Positions 13,063-26,913 are shown, counted from the whole stretch's first letter. The stretch: DNA of 63,064 nucleotides, filler included, from Rhabdomonas costata (GCA_019059605.1; 49 parts of 49 records of this genome joined end to end with filler, not necessarily neighbours in it), one strand, 5' to 3'. Notes: a model not told the origin generated them from the sequence alone. Made by a program: numbers and translations.

Positions 13063-13592
13063 CCCAGGACTGCGAGAAGATTCTGGCCCCCGCGGCGTAC
13101 TGTGGAGGGAATAGGGCAGTATCAAGGGCCCCGGGCAGGAGAATCGAGTCCTGATCCGAGCTTCCTGAAACCGAGAGGTCGTAGAACGCCACCCTGGCTT
13201 TCGGGGCCATGCCGCGGTAAGGCGAGTTCTGTCCCAAGTAGCCTGACAGGTGAGCCGGGGAGAGGGAGACAGGCGCAATGGGAGTATTTAAACTCACTCA
13301 GACAGTTCTCAGGATATAGCTGTTGACCGGAAGCTTTGCAGGGTCACTCGAACGCAAGCATCGGGGAGAAACAGGAAGGGTTTCCGTTGTGAAAGAGTGA
13401 AAGGATTTCGAGCAGTTATATCACACCCTGAGGACCAACCATATACCATATACAAACGCACACATATGGTGCGGTCATGCACCCAGTGCTCGGTGAAGAG
13501 ACAAGAACCTTCGCCAATAATGGACCCCACGACGTGAGTGCCGTGCCCCTCTGCTGCGTCAGCAACGGCTCCCGAGTCTCTTTCAAGCATGT
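13063..13592 (-). CDS. Subtilisin-family (S8, Kp43/TagC-like) serine protease, 2 exons (13509-13592, 13063-13242)
   Basis: Catalytic His motif GHGTHVVGSI, followed by YRGMAPKARVAFYDL and YAAGARIFSQSWG. Confidence 0.9.
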
Positions 13593-15589
13593 CTGAACAC
13601 AGAAAAAAGGAACAAAAAGCCTGGGGGGAAGCATCGGATAAAGCTAAAAAAAAGACTCTTGAGAGCATCGGATTGGCAGTGCACCACATCCGATGCTCTC
13701 ACATGTCTTTTGCTTCCGTCCCCGATGCATCAGGCGGGTTTAGGTAATCCCCGAGCAGGGCCACCTGTGAGTCCGAGTCACACTTGAGTCACACTTGTCG
13801 TACAGCGAGGATCCCCCCTTAGAAAATCCAGTAAAGGTAAAGAGTGCCTCATTTCTGGCACAGGTCACACAAAAGTGTGAGCTTTCAGCAATACTTTCGA
13901 TTCGCAATTAAAAATGTCCACCGCGATATATTATAGTCAGTACCATTACGAAAGTGGGACGGAAAAACACAGCAAGGCTCACTCAGACATCCAACTACGG
14001 CCTTAAAATAGCAACTGTGCCGTCAAGGTTCTGCGCGGGAAGACATTTTTACTGTCCTAAAAACCACANNNNNNNNNNNNNNNNNNNNNNNNNNNNNNNN
14101 NNNNNNNNNNNNTTAATTAATTAANNNNNNNNNNNNNNNNNNNNNNNNNNNNNNNNNNNNNNNNNNNNCCTGCACGGTGTACTCCTGGTGTGTGTATGTG
14201 TGTATGGTAAGAAGAAGATGACCTGTGATGACCTGTGGATCCCACACAAACGAAGAACAGATGATGCCCACCGAGCGATAAGCAGGCTGGGCGAGTGCAG
14301 AGGATTGGAGCTCCCTAGAACCGCGGTTTAGTGCACCATGGAGGTTTCCCAAGAACCTCCGTCCAGCAGCAGAGGGGTGATGCGTGCCCCGAGAAGCGGC
14401 CAGTGGGAGAGTATTCGAAAGCCCGCTGGAAGCCGAAAAGACCTCGATCAAAAGAAAGATTGTGCATGTAGTGCGTGTGCGTGTGGTGTTTCTGTGTGTG
14501 TCCTCATGCAGGGGTGCCTTTTGCACCGCCCGAACCATGTGAACTGTAGGCAGCTTTTTGGCAATTGACGCATTTGATAGGGGCTCTCCGGCACGAATTC
14601 CGCGTTCAGCAGGCAGTAGTGCAGCAGGGGACTGCTTTTGTGGATGCTCACTCTTGAGGGTAACCCCGATCCTCTTTTCTGTTCAGTTCTATTGCAGGGC
14701 CACCCAAAGCGCAGCACCTACCGTCTTGTCTCAGTGGATGCACCCTCCCTCTTCATGTGTGTGTGTGCCGGGTTTCGGTTTCTCCCGTTTCCCCACACTT
14801 GTGAATCCGAAGGAGGTTTATGCGGTTTGCCATACTCACTGTCGCACATCTGTGCCAGTGGCCCTCCGTTTGCTACCACCGGCTGCCTTTTTTCCTTGGC
14901 TTCAGCTCATGTATTTCACCCCTTTCTGCGCCAGTTACCCCACCACCACCAGTGTTGCGAACTTCTCTTTGTCCTCACGGGCCATTCACTGGTTCTGTTC
15001 CTGCGCCTAACTCGGAATCGCCACCCAGTCCTGAGCGTCTGTCTACTGAATTAGTTTGGTCCTGGCACCATCCCAGACATATGCGTGCACCTTCTCAGCA
15101 AGAGCGAAAACTGCTTCGAAAAAGCTTCGAAAAAATTTGTAAAGAAAAGAAAGGTCCATTGGAAGTTGAGGGGCGCCAATCGTCAATGGCTGCGATATGG
15201 CCGGACGAGGAGAACAGCATTAGTTTATGGGCGAAGGCCAGTCCGCGCCGCAGCCGGAGCGGGCTGCTGGGGCGGGGACGTGACCTGGGGGCAACAACCT
15301 TTTGAAACACGCTTCCATGTTAAAAATTGTTACCAGTGGTAACCGTTAGCAACCCCCCNNNNNNNNNNNNNNNNNNNNNNNNNNNNNNNNNNNNNNNNNN
15401 NNTTAATTAATTAANNNNNNNNNNNNNNNNNNNNNNNNNNNNNNNNNNNNNNNNNNNNGTATTTGGGTCATTCAGCCATGCCAGCGACAAATATCGCTGC
15501 TCCAGCGACTCCGTAATTTAAACGTGTACACCCTACACTGCGCGCACGAGGGACGAGGGACACACAGATGCATATGGGCACGCACCAGG

Positions 15590-15860
15590 CCAATCGCTGG
15601 CCTTCGCGACCAGCGACCTTTCCGCAACTGTTGTGGCGTTCTCCTCCAAAGAGTGATTATCTTGGTCTACTGCAGCAGCCGCAGCCACACCCAGCTCCAG
15701 GCCTGCCTCCAGCCCAGGCGAGACACCCGGGTACAACACAGCATTGATCTCCCCAGCAAGCTCTGGGCCGACCTGGGCCAATACGCGGTCCAGGTCGTCA
15801 CCGTACACCCTTCCATCGACGTCAGCAGGGGAAAGAATCAGGGTCGACGAGGCGCAATCG
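15590..15860 (-). CDS. Hypothetical protein exon
   Basis: GC3-rich open frame DVDGRVYGDDLDRVLAQVGPELAGEINAVLYPG; family not recognised and boundaries approximate. Confidence 0.4.
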
Positions 15861-18153
15861 CCACCGCTACTGCGGCTGTTCGGGGGAGTTTTCGATGTCA
15901 TTGAATGCAGGAGTCGGGCTGAGCAAACTGGATGGTTTGGATAAAAGCGGCGGACGAATCAGAAAGAAGGAAGCGAAAAACCTAAGCAGAAAATTCCGCG
16001 GCTCAGGAGAAGGAGGCGAACCTCCCTGCATTTCGGGCTTTGCCGATAATTACGGAGAAAACGAAAGGAAGTTCCAAAAATAGGGCGAGAGATGCGACGA
16101 CATCAGCGAGGAGATAGCAGGAATATAATTTCTCCCTGAAATGAACAGCACATGCTGGGCTGTGAGGTCCGCACCCCTCGCAAACTTAGGAACTGAACTC
16201 CGAGGTTTGGAGCGTGCTCCGTTGCGCTGCCACCACCCGGTTCGATGGTCGAGTGAAGCCAGACGTGGTTTCTGAAGTCATAGGAAGTTTCAATGCCCGA
16301 ATCACCTTCTCCCAGCATATCTTTATTCGTTGTCTTCCGTCCCCTTATTTTCGATGTACAGGTGTACGTGACAAGTTGCGCACTCACCCACTCAAAACTT
16401 GACAAACCTCACCGCAGCCTCGAGATAACCTAACAGCCTGAGCAGGTGGTGGTTCACCTTCTACTGCACGCATTGACACATGGGACCAGCCGAAAAGAGG
16501 GAAAGCCGAGGTCGTGAGACAATCCTTTGCTGCCCAGAGGCACCGTACCGTTTTGGTCTCTTGGCTTGCATTTACACATGCTGAGAGACGCAAAGGTGCG
16601 AGTGGTGCGGGAGGTGTGGATACCCGCACCACTGATGACCCCAAAACANNNNNNNNNNNNNNNNNNNNNNNNNNNNNNNNNNNNNNNNNNNNTTAATTAA
16701 TTAANNNNNNNNNNNNNNNNNNNNNNNNNNNNNNNNNNNNNNNNNNNNGGGTGGGGTGGGGGGAGAGGAAGTGATCACAGAACAGGCAGCTAGCACGGTC
16801 AAAAGTAGGTGGGTACGAGGAAAATGAACGAAAACAGATTAAATCACAGTCGGTCTTCGTTCCCATTCTCTTCCTATCTTATGGTAAAACCAGCATCTTT
16901 TGAATGGTTTCGGTTGACTTTCCAGCTTATGGTTAATCGACTGTCAACTTTTTTTTGATACGAACTTGACGGCTGGCTTTGGGCGGAGATACGATGAGAA
17001 ACATGGAACAGGAGAAAGAGAAAATTCATGAAGTACAGCTTTTTTGGTTCTGTACAAACATTTAAAGAATGAGGTACGGATTACTTGACTAAAGAATATT
17101 CTCGCTGCCGTAAGCCATGCGCTAGTCATGCTTTCTTCGGCAGCTCACGTAAACATCCTACCTTCCAAAATCAAAGGTGAATCTTGGAAGGCAGCCCATA
17201 GCCCATGGCAAATTAACCCAATCCTTCTCCAGTCGTAAATTGCAACTGAAAACCCTTGAGACCAGAAAGGCACGGCTCATCATCTCCCGGGTCGCTCCCC
17301 CAAGGGCCGGTGCACTGTTCAGGTTTCCTTATGTGTGCAACAAACGCCTCCTTTGGGCTCTGCAGCCCCCTTCCAGCCAACCCAGTGGCCACAGCCCCAG
17401 GCGTGGGGGAGCTAAAATCATAGGCAACGACCCCCATATGAATAAAGAGAGCATAGAGATCCCACGGGAGGGGAGCGCGTAAGCACGATATGCACAGATA
17501 TGAGAATGAACGTTTCAAAGTCCGCTTCAAAGTCCATTCCCATTCCGCATGCCTTCTCTCTTTCACTCCGACCTAGGCTTCCGTTTCAGGGAAGGGCAGA
17601 GGGGGGAAGTGCGAAACACAAAAGGCAAAAGGCTTGAAAGCGATCACCCGAGCAACAGGTGCGCCGTTCACACAGGACAGGTGTGTCTGTCAGTGTATGC
17701 CAGGGAGGGGTCAGCATCGACTGAATCGCCTCTTCGTAAGCCTTTGTATGAATAGCAATCACAAGACTGGGTCTGGCTGTAATCGAGCGAGGGCTTAACT
17801 TAACATAACTTAATCACTCACTTGCCCACACATACGAAGAAATGAGCAGATTTAGCGCGCAGCCGCATTGTCTTTTTGACTTAGCTACACTTTCAGCTAA
17901 CATAAAGAATGTGCAAAATAATATGTCCAAAACCACCNNNNNNNNNNNNNNNNNNNNNNNNNNNNNNNNNNNNNNNNNNNNTTAATTAATTAANNNNNNN
18001 NNNNNNNNNNNNNNNNNNNNNNNNNNNNNNNNNNNNNTGTTGTGGGTGTAACGCATGTGGTGCTCGTGGGTGTTGTCATTGATGGGGTTGAAGATGATGA
18101 GGATGAGGGAAATTCTGGGTGAGTGTGGAGTTGCGGCCGGGCGCGGGGTGCAG

Positions 18154-19182
18154 TTCTGAAGCTATGCCCTGGAGATGGGGACGTTCTGCAGCACAAGACG
18201 GTGGCCCTGTTGAATCTCGGCAGGTTCGACGACGCCATCAAGCTTATCACGGAGCACCGCCTGCAGAGCAGTGCGCCCAAACACACAGACACAGAAATAT
18301 GGCCACCTTTTCACAGTCTCATTTTATGCAAAAATGTAATTCCGTCACTCTTGCTCCTTCGACGAGAAGTTCCCCTGTTGTTCCCCCTCTCCTTTGTGTC
18401 AGTTTTTATTCGGTTTATTTGGGTTTGGCTTCAATTCCCCTGTCCCTGAACACCGCGACTTCGAATCCAGGACGTAGCTGACTGTAGACTGTGCTTTCCT
18501 GCTGTTTGTTGGAGCGTCGGCTTCGGCATGCTTCTGGTTGGCCATTTTTCTTGGTGCCTGCCAGAGCAGCACTTCTCCTAAGCCCCCCCCCCCCCATGCA
18601 CAACAGCACGGCGCAACTGCAGCACAGGGGCGATCAGGGAGGGGGGATGTGACTTGACGAAAGTCGTGTGGTATTTTAATGCGGCGGCCTTCGGCACAGT
18701 GCGCTTCTGATTTCACGCGGCTGCCCCCCCCCCATCGACAACAGAGCTGTCGTTTGAGTTGGCGTACGCCCACTACCGTGCCGGCAACACGGCAGAGGCA
18801 CACCGGGTGCTGGAGGGCGCTGCCAACTCGGAGGCCCACAGGCTGCTCTCTGCTCAATTGGTGCGCGAAGCACCGCTCGTGCACAGCCCACTCAACTCAT
18901 CTTGCCTGCGTCAGGATAGTGGCATTTCGTGGGGATGGGCTGGTCACCCCTGCATTCCTCTTCCGTCCTCGGCGCCTCTGCATCATTTCCCCCCTCCTCC
19001 TTCGCTCCGTAAAAAGCCTCTTGCAATGCCCAAGTGCAACACAGGATGAGCCCCATCGCCCCTCCTCTCCCACCTCCTCTCTCCCTGCCAAACAAACCCA
19101 GGACAACAAGGCCGAGAACTATGCGGACAGCTCCCGGAAGTACCTCCAGTTGGTGGAGGAGAGGGTACAGGCCGGAGAGGAG
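18154..19182 (+). CDS. SRP72: Signal recognition particle subunit SRP72, N-terminal TPR region, 3 exons (18154-18270, 18745-18860, 19102-19182)
   Basis: Spliced LKLCPGDGDVLQHKTVALLNLGRFDDAIKLI..SKLSFELAYAHYR..LLSAQL matches the SRP72 motif LSFEKAYCEYR; exon phases are consistent. Confidence 0.85.
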
Positions 19183-19328
19183 GTGCTCTTTCCGCATACA
19201 CATTCATACCTACTCCGTCAAAAACACNNNNNNNNNNNNNNNNNNNNNNNNNNNNNNNNNNNNNNNNNNNNTTAATTAATTAANNNNNNNNNNNNNNNNN
19301 NNNNNNNNNNNNNNNNNNNNNNNNNNNG

Positions 19329-19610
19329 ATGCTATAAAAATTCAAAATTTTATAGCGATCGATATAAAATGCCAGAAGACGTGTACCGCCCCCTAACCCC
19401 CCTGCAAGACTAAATAAACTCACTTCAGGAACCCTTTTCGGAGACTGCTGTGCACTAGAACCTGCACTCCGCGGCCCAAGACATCCCGGACAAGCAAAAT
19501 TAACACGACCCAACAGTTCACACCATCGCCGAAATTGTGTAAAAATGTCACCGTTATAATCATTTATACCACCACTATAAAATTTTTGCATTTTTGAAAT
19601 TTTATAGCAT
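19329..19610. mobile_element. Candidate MITE-like element with imperfect terminal inverted repeats
   Basis: atgctataaaaattcaaaa at the left end versus ttttgaaatttatagcat at the right end; each end is also self-palindromic. Confidence 0.35.
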
Positions 19611-19993
19611 TGCCATAAAAGGGGGGGGGGGAGCATTCAACAAACTTAACCGTTCAAGCACTTGTAATCCGCAAAAAAGTGCTTCGCTCAGAAAGCCCTG
19701 GAACTCAAAGAAAAGCGAGGTAGGGAGAACGCGCGCACACAAACCTCCCCAAAAGCTCATCACACAGTCCCCGATGAACTTGTCGACCGTTCCTACGACA
19801 CATATATCATGTGATCAGACACACACACACAAAATAGTGGACACCAGGTGTGATGTCATCAAGACAATTAAATGCGGGAACCATTCGAAAGTGTCCACTG
19901 AGAATTAGTTCCTACATTCCTTCCTTCGCACCAACATTCCAATTCCAGCACCAAGGGCAGCTTCTTACGGCTCAATCGGCAGGCCTCGTTCAC

Positions 19994-20458
19994 CTGAAGC
20001 GTCGTGTACCGCCTTGCACACGAGCCGCAGGTAATCGTTCATCATGCTCATCAGCACCTTGGACGCGACAGCCTCGCAGAGTTTCGTGAACCCTAAGCCC
20101 CACCAACCCACCCATCCACCACACCCGCACGGCACAGTCCCGCAGCCGGCAGGCCCGTTACGTTTCATTTCCCAGCAAGAATCGCGGAAAAATAAATCGA
20201 GGAAAAACCGTGATAAAAAAGGAGGAGGGAGGAGTTCTGCCTTCTTGCCAAACGAAGAATCAGTCATTAGGCCCCCATATTTCATCGAGGAGCCAATCAC
20301 ACGCCGAGTTTTTTTTGGCGGCTCTTCACGTCTCTCGGGTTCCCCAACGCACACACCCACAGGTATGTGTACAAATGTGGGGTTTCGGCCTCACCTGCGA
20401 TGTCGAGGAACATGATTGTCACCGAGGCGTGCTGCATCCCAAGACTTACCGAAGCACC
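19994..20458 (-). CDS. Class III adenylate/guanylate cyclase catalytic domain, 2 exons (20395-20458, 19994-20092)
   Basis: Spliced VTIMFLDIAGFTKLCE...LMSMMNDYL matches the first metal-binding motif VT.LF.DI.GFT. Confidence 0.88.
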
Positions 20459-21111
20459 CTGTGAACGTGGCGAACGAGCTACAAAGGATGAGAGACAAGG
20501 GCAAGAGAAAAGAAATTNNNNNNNNNNNNNNNNNNNNNNNNNNNNNNNNNNNNNNNNNNNNTTAATTAATTAANNNNNNNNNNNNNNNNNNNNNNNNNNN
20601 NNNNNNNNNNNNNNNNNTCAGTCGATTGCTGGTTTTAGTCCATCCTCTCTTTTTTCTCTATCATTTTACATCAAAGCAGTCAGTGCAAGTGCTTCCGTCG
20701 TTTTTCTCTGTATCGTTTTATGGCTTTACGTGCACTGTAATTGCAACGAAATGCTTTTCCCAGATGTTGTCAGTGATTATCGGTCTCATCTGATGTGCAA
20801 AAGTGGTGAATCGGAGCGCCGGTCAATCTTGCCACCAAGGTCCAGGGCGGGCATTCCCATATGCCAAATGCTAATCAGCCGTGCCTGGTGTCGTCTTTTG
20901 TTCCTTTAGCAGAAGCCCGCCAAGGCGCTTTGCATGCTAGCACACTCCTAAGATGCATGGCTGGATAGATGGAAACATCGCCAGTAAATGCGCTAAAATG
21001 TATCGAATTAATTGTTCTGGATAATTCGGCTAAGAAAGTACACGATTCTCTCAACTTCTTTGTTTCACAGAAAATCGCTGTTTTTATGGGAAAACTGTGC
21101 AGTTATCAGAA

Positions 21112-21790
21112 ATGTCTTGTCCTTTGTTTCTACTGGTTCTCACCGTCGCATGGTCGCTAACAACCGCTACAATTACGCCCACCTCAACAACGACACCTAC
21201 CTACACCTCAAGCCCGAGTACCACACCCTCACCTTCAACCACACCATCGACTTCGCTGTCGCCATCATGCACGCCCACCCCCAGTCCCTCCGCCTCTCCC
21301 AGCTGTACGCCCAGCGTGTCTCCCAGTTCGACGCCAACATGCACACCAACCCCCTCTCCGAGCGCTACTCCCTCTCCCAGCACGTCTCCGAGCGCTTCGC
21401 CATCGGTCAGTCCCACTGGCACACCCTCGTCAACTCCATCCCCTTCTTGCACGTGTACCCCTTCTGCGACGCCTACCTCCACGCCCACTGGCACCCCATC
21501 TTTGACACCAAGTGTCTCACCAACGGCTACAATTTCACCCACGTCGACACCAACGGGCACCCCTACGCCAACCCCGACGGCAAGTCCTACCATAACGCCA
21601 ACATCTTCACTCACAAAATCCCCGACGTCTACTCCCACGAATACACCCACTCACACCCCCACGCCCACGCCCACCGCTACCCCGAGCCCAACGCCGACGT
21701 CCACGTTGACGCCCAGCTCTTCTCCTTCCACCACGCCCTCTTCCTCGCCCACGCCCAGCCCAACCCCTACGGTGACTTCCACCCCAACCA
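21112..21790 (+). CDS. Secreted or surface mucin-like Thr/Pro/Ser-rich protein, 5' part (runs off the contig)
   Basis: Hydrophobic N-terminus [19 protein letters not shown] followed by >200 aa of TPS/TPT repeats in an uninterrupted frame. Confidence 0.8.
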
Positions 21791-23326
21791 CCCAAACACA
21801 CCAACACNNNNNNNNNNNNNNNNNNNNNNNNNNNNNNNNNNNNNNNNNNNNTTAATTAATTAANNNNNNNNNNNNNNNNNNNNNNNNNNNNNNNNNNNNN
21901 NNNNNNNGGGTTTGGGGGGAGACGGGTCGGGTCCCGCAGGGTTATCGCCGAGTAGGAACCAGTCGTCAAAGTGAGAATAGAAGTGAGCAAGGAAAGACAT
22001 CTACTTCATGCTTTCTGACATTCCGTCAGCTTGGACCGTAGGTAATAGCCGATGTGTGTATCATCCTGAGCGTGATATCCACAGCTTTTCATCACATAGT
22101 CTCTTAGCAAAACGGTCCCAGGCCTCATATTTGAAGTAATAGCGTTGTCGAGAGGGAGGAATAGCTTTTGTGAAATACTGCGGGAAAGCGGCCTCCGTTT
22201 CCTGTGAGAACATCCTTTGCCCCTTTGCCGGAGGCTCATTGATCGCAAAAGTACCGTCAGCATTTCACTGGAATCGGGTCAACGGCCTCAATTTGAATGA
22301 TACCAACCAAACCTTGATAAGGGCATGACCTGCAGGCACAGCTGTTCAATTCCTCCACATCACTGGGAAGGCCACGAGGAAGAACGGGGGTATTCGACAG
22401 GATGTGGCCCTTATGCCTATTTTGTACGCTTTCAAAAACCCTTTTGAGCTGCAATGATCACCCTGGCCGGGCTATAGATTATGATTCTGCACCAACTCTC
22501 ACTCTTGGAAGGCCCGGGCCGGACTACAGTCATTGCACCTCGTTGCTTCAAAACGAACATGCAGTCGCAAACATCATTTTTAAACATAAAGTGAAGAAAA
22601 CTGTGCAGGGGCACAACAACTCTCAACTCGCAGGCCACTCGCATTCTTGTTTCCTTTTCGGAGCCGAGAAAAAAGCGCACGAGAAGACCTTCATGCCCAC
22701 ACTGCCCGATAAGCTCCCAACGCTCGACAAACGGGCTCCACGGAGTGGGGCTGCGCGCACGAACGACCGCGGATTGCCCTGAGCCCAATGTCTTCGTCGG
22801 CCTTGCCGAGTGACTTCTCGGTGGAGTTCTGAAGAAGCGCATACAGTCTCCCTCCAGCAACGATTGCTGCTGTTTTCTATCGCTGCGTTCCGCCCGCTTC
22901 ACACCTGTCCTGCTTCCTCCCTCTTCTCCATCTTGTCTTTGCCCAAGATCCCAAATTCTCCAATCATCCCGTTTTTGCCCCTCCCTTCTCTCAGACTTGT
23001 CGTTCCCGTGTCAGTCTTTGTAGTTTGTTTTCCCACTCAGATCTCTCTCGTGTTCCTCTTGTAAACAGTTTGTTTGTGCACCCCACAACCNNNNNNNNNN
23101 NNNNNNNNNNNNNNNNNNNNNNNNNNNNNNNNNNTTAATTAATTAANNNNNNNNNNNNNNNNNNNNNNNNNNNNNNNNNNNNNNNNNNNNTGTTGGTGTG
23201 GGGTCAGCAATACAACCAGGTGTTACAAAGGCGTCCGAAGCCTTTTGTTCGCATCAGTATCTGTTGAACGCTTGAAGCGAAGAGAGTGCTGCCATGAGAA
23301 GTTCTGTGTGTGGGTCGGGATCCTCA

Positions 23327-24350
23327 CCTGGCAGGAAGTAGGTGTACACCAATGCCGAGAACGCGAAGAACTGCTCCTGGGACAGGAGGGGGGGCAGCTC
23401 CGCCGCAATGCGGAGGTCAGCACATCCATGAGCTCGAGCCCATAGCTGCATCGAAAACGTAAGTCACGTAAGAAACTCAGCCTATTGGTTTTCGATGGCG
23501 AGAAAGGTCTTCTTCACAATGCCCTAAAGTATCGGACTTCAAATGAAAAGAATACGCTTACCTGGGAACTCGACAGTCTGTAAATAAATATCCATATCCA
23601 GAAAAAAGCCAGCGACCATATAAATACGTTCCCGGAGCGGAACGTACCACAGTTCAAGCAAGGCCCGTACGGTGTGGGAAAAGGCACAACCGTTTCGTGA
23701 ACTTTCAATACAACCAAGACCAGATGAAACTTGCTTCAGCGGAATACATAAAGGCAGATCCCAAGAGAGGCCATGTTGGAGAAGGGCCAGGGTGAACTTC
23801 TCGGTGAGAAAACCAAGATGACATTGCAAGGAGAAAACACATAAGGGATCATTAAAGAACAACCGAATTCGCGCACTCATAGCACACTCCATGGCGGGCC
23901 AAGAAAGCTCTCACATGAAGTGAAAAATGGCTGAGAGTCGAGAAGGTGGACAGGTGAGCACAATATGCTAACCTTCTTGAGCTTTTCCAGCACAGGACCA
24001 CACATCAACGAGTCGATTTGGCCTGTGGCAAAAAAGGAGATGGCGAAACTGGCTGGGTGCGTTGGGGGAAGTTGTACAACAAAAAAGCAAAAAAGAAAGA
24101 ACACGAAACACATTGCAACGCTCTGCCCCAGCAGCAACCTGCATTGGAGCCAGGTGGCAGTGGCGCCAACAAGACACAAAAAGACGCTGAAAAACCACAA
24201 AAACGCTGAAAAAAACCTAAATAAGGGCACCGGTTCCCCCCATCCCCGTACACAATACTTGCGGGAATAGGGCCCTCCAGGATTGCGCGGTGCTCGGCTA
24301 AGGCTCTCGCAAGTGTGGGGTCGTACCCCTTGACCCGCGGACCGGACACC
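23327..24350 (-). CDS. Hypothetical multi-exon protein fragment
   Basis: Several AG/GT-bounded open segments: VSGPRVKGYDPTLARAL; QIDSLMCGPVLEKLKK; CHLGFLTEKFTLALL; LWARAHGCADLRIAAELPPLL. Confidence 0.4.
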
Positions 24351-26799
24351 TGGAGGGCAAGTACACGTATACCACACAACNNNNNNNNNNNNNNNNNNNN
24401 NNNNNNNNNNNNNNNNNNNNNNNNTTAATTAATTAANNNNNNNNNNNNNNNNNNNNNNNNNNNNNNNNNNNNNNNNNNNNGGGTGTGGATTCCGTAAACA
24501 TCACTACTACTCGTATCAGTGGTTACAAGACTGGCTTTCCTTTAGCTGCTTCTCTCTCTCTTATTCCAGCTACTCTTGTAACCACTGATACGAGTAGTAG
24601 TGATGTTTACGGAATCCACACCCACAACTTGAGCCGCAGTGATGTGGCTTTGTTCATTCGAAACCAGAGAAGTAAACTATTCCTGATTGACTCAACAAGT
24701 GCGGAAACGATCTGCGCTCTTCCACTTTTGCGGGCTTTGCGCGCAAGTCAGGAGGGGTGATGCGACTGTTTTAGCAGATATGCGAACCGATGGTCCGATG
24801 AATTTGGTGGAAAAAGTTTAACAACATTAAACAATAAGGTTCAAAACTATGCTGGTGGGTTTGGCCGCCAGAACACCCCCCCCCTTGTGTGTTGCTTTTT
24901 GGGCTCATGACCACGAAAACGCCCAGTCCCCCTCCGGCCGCCAAGTGCATCGGGCCCATATACTCATGTCAATGACCTCCAGACATCAGGTTTGTGGCTT
25001 ACAATGGCCAAAAATGAGGAAAAAAATCTGCGCTCAAGTATGCGAGTGTCGGTGGGATGTGTAGGTGAGCGATGTCTGTGAGCGTGAGCATGCAAAGCGT
25101 CAATAGGATTCAAAATGTTTCTTGGTTCTGGCTGGCGACGAGATGTTGCCGCTCACAAAAGGAGTCCGGAGGAGGGGGTGTACCCCGCGCTGCGAGCCAC
25201 CGCGAAGCGCGTTGCTTGCTCCAGGGAACCCCCGTCACGAAAAAGAAGCGGGATGTGGGAGTAGTCGTGCATGCACCGGAACGCAAAATTGGAGAAAAGG
25301 TCTATCGGCAGCACACTCTGACAAAAGCATAGCGAGCTGGCACTTCTGCTATGCCCACCACCATCGACCGGGACAAATCCACAACAGCGTCCATTAGTGA
25401 AAAGCCAGCCACCCTAAAAAAACATTTTCGATGTGTTCACCTTCCTTTCATGAGCGTTGCTCGCCACGGCACTTCGGTAATGGCGCTTACCTGTTTGTGA
25501 TTCCTTTCCTGCTTTTCAAAAAGCTGTGTGTTTCCAGACCGTCTTCTTCATCTCCTGCCCTTTTCAGTTAAAACTACGCACTTCGTCTTTCCTCCCTATA
25601 GTAGTTCATGATTTCTGCTTTGCGCGCGTCGAACCATTCTCTTCATTGCTGTAACACAGTCAAAACCCCCNNNNNNNNNNNNNNNNNNNNNNNNNNNNNN
25701 NNNNNNNNNNNNNNTTAATTAATTAANNNNNNNNNNNNNNNNNNNNNNNNNNNNNNNNNNNNNNNNNNNNTGTTTTTTCGTCCGCGCGTCCCTTTCTGGG
25801 TGCCAATTCACTCGGCCGACAGTGCCAGATTGAATCCCCTCTCCCTTTTTTTTTCGTGCTCTATGTGCTGAGAATGTGGTTTGTGGTTGGTACGTGATTT
25901 TGTGGTGGTTCCCCGTCCTGGGTCGACATCAGTCGCAGCACTGTGAAGGCATGCTCATATGCCGATGCTGCGTTTACATGCGATCCCGTTCAAGATGTGG
26001 TAATTTATTATTTTAGAGTCAGAGAGAGCTTACATAGATCTCACAACTCGTGCTAGATTGAGGTGTTGGGGCTTCTGTGAGGAGTTGGTTGGCCGCCGTT
26101 CTCTGCACCGAGAAGCGACTCTGTCAAGGTCTGTTATTAGTGTTTCCATGGTTTGACCCTGAGGGCCTTTTTGAATGAAAAAGACTTCATTTGCAGCAGA
26201 GAAAGGGGACTGGCTGAGCAAGTGTTGCCCCTATCCGCCACCCTCACCCTGTCCCTATGAAATATTCAGATAGACCCACGTGTGAGAGTTCAGGTGAGTG
26301 AGGTCGTCCGGTGAACATCACCCATCACCTTCCCAGGGAAAGAGCTGTCGCAGACGGGCCAGCACCCCCCTTTCGGGAGGTGCAGGAGGAGGCCAAAGTC
26401 TGAAAGGACTCAAAGATTTTTCCGAAATCACCGCGCCTTCGGCGCGCTAAGCCTATTCCATACCGTATGTTTGCCTCTCAGGCCGAACCGTCGACTATGG
26501 GCTCGCCCACCATACGTAAACTGCAATTTTGAGACCAGCGGCAATATGGTCCGCGTCATCTCAAAAGAGGTAGGGGAAGATACGCAAAAACAGGCCGAAA
26601 AGAGGCAAAACCACCTCCAGGTCAAAATCAGTTTTTTCACCACCCCTTTTTATAAGTCCGAAAATGCCTGAGTGCACTTCTTTCGGTTGTGATTTTTAGT
26701 TGACGCGGACAATATTAGGGTAAACAGACTCAGCTCTCAGTTTCTCAATTTAATTTACCCTAATTTGCCTAATTTACCCTGCAAACCCTGGTTTTTTAG

Positions 26800-26913
26800 G
26801 CGGACTACTTCGGGCCCACGGTGAACTACGCGGCCCGGGTAGAGTCTAAGGCTATCGGGGGGCAGGTCCTGGTCAGTGTAGCAGTGCTAAGCGAGCTCTC
26901 GGAGGAGTTCCGA
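26800..26913 (+). CDS. Class III adenylate cyclase catalytic exon (receptor-type), truncated by a fold-back chimera
   Basis: ttttag|ADYFGPTVNYAARVESKAIGGQVLVS contains the catalytic N...AAR.ES motif. Confidence 0.9.

Noticed and set aside
16240-16272. DGRVKPDVV on the + strand, like the S8 protease DGRIKPD motif
   Set aside because: Flanking GP and APG residues and splice context are missing, and the coding-like exon on this contig is on the minus strand; treated as chance.
21012-21807. His-rich 283 aa ORF and Gly/Val-rich antisense ORF
   Set aside because: Alternative-frame shadows of the Thr/Pro/Ser mucin-like repeat.
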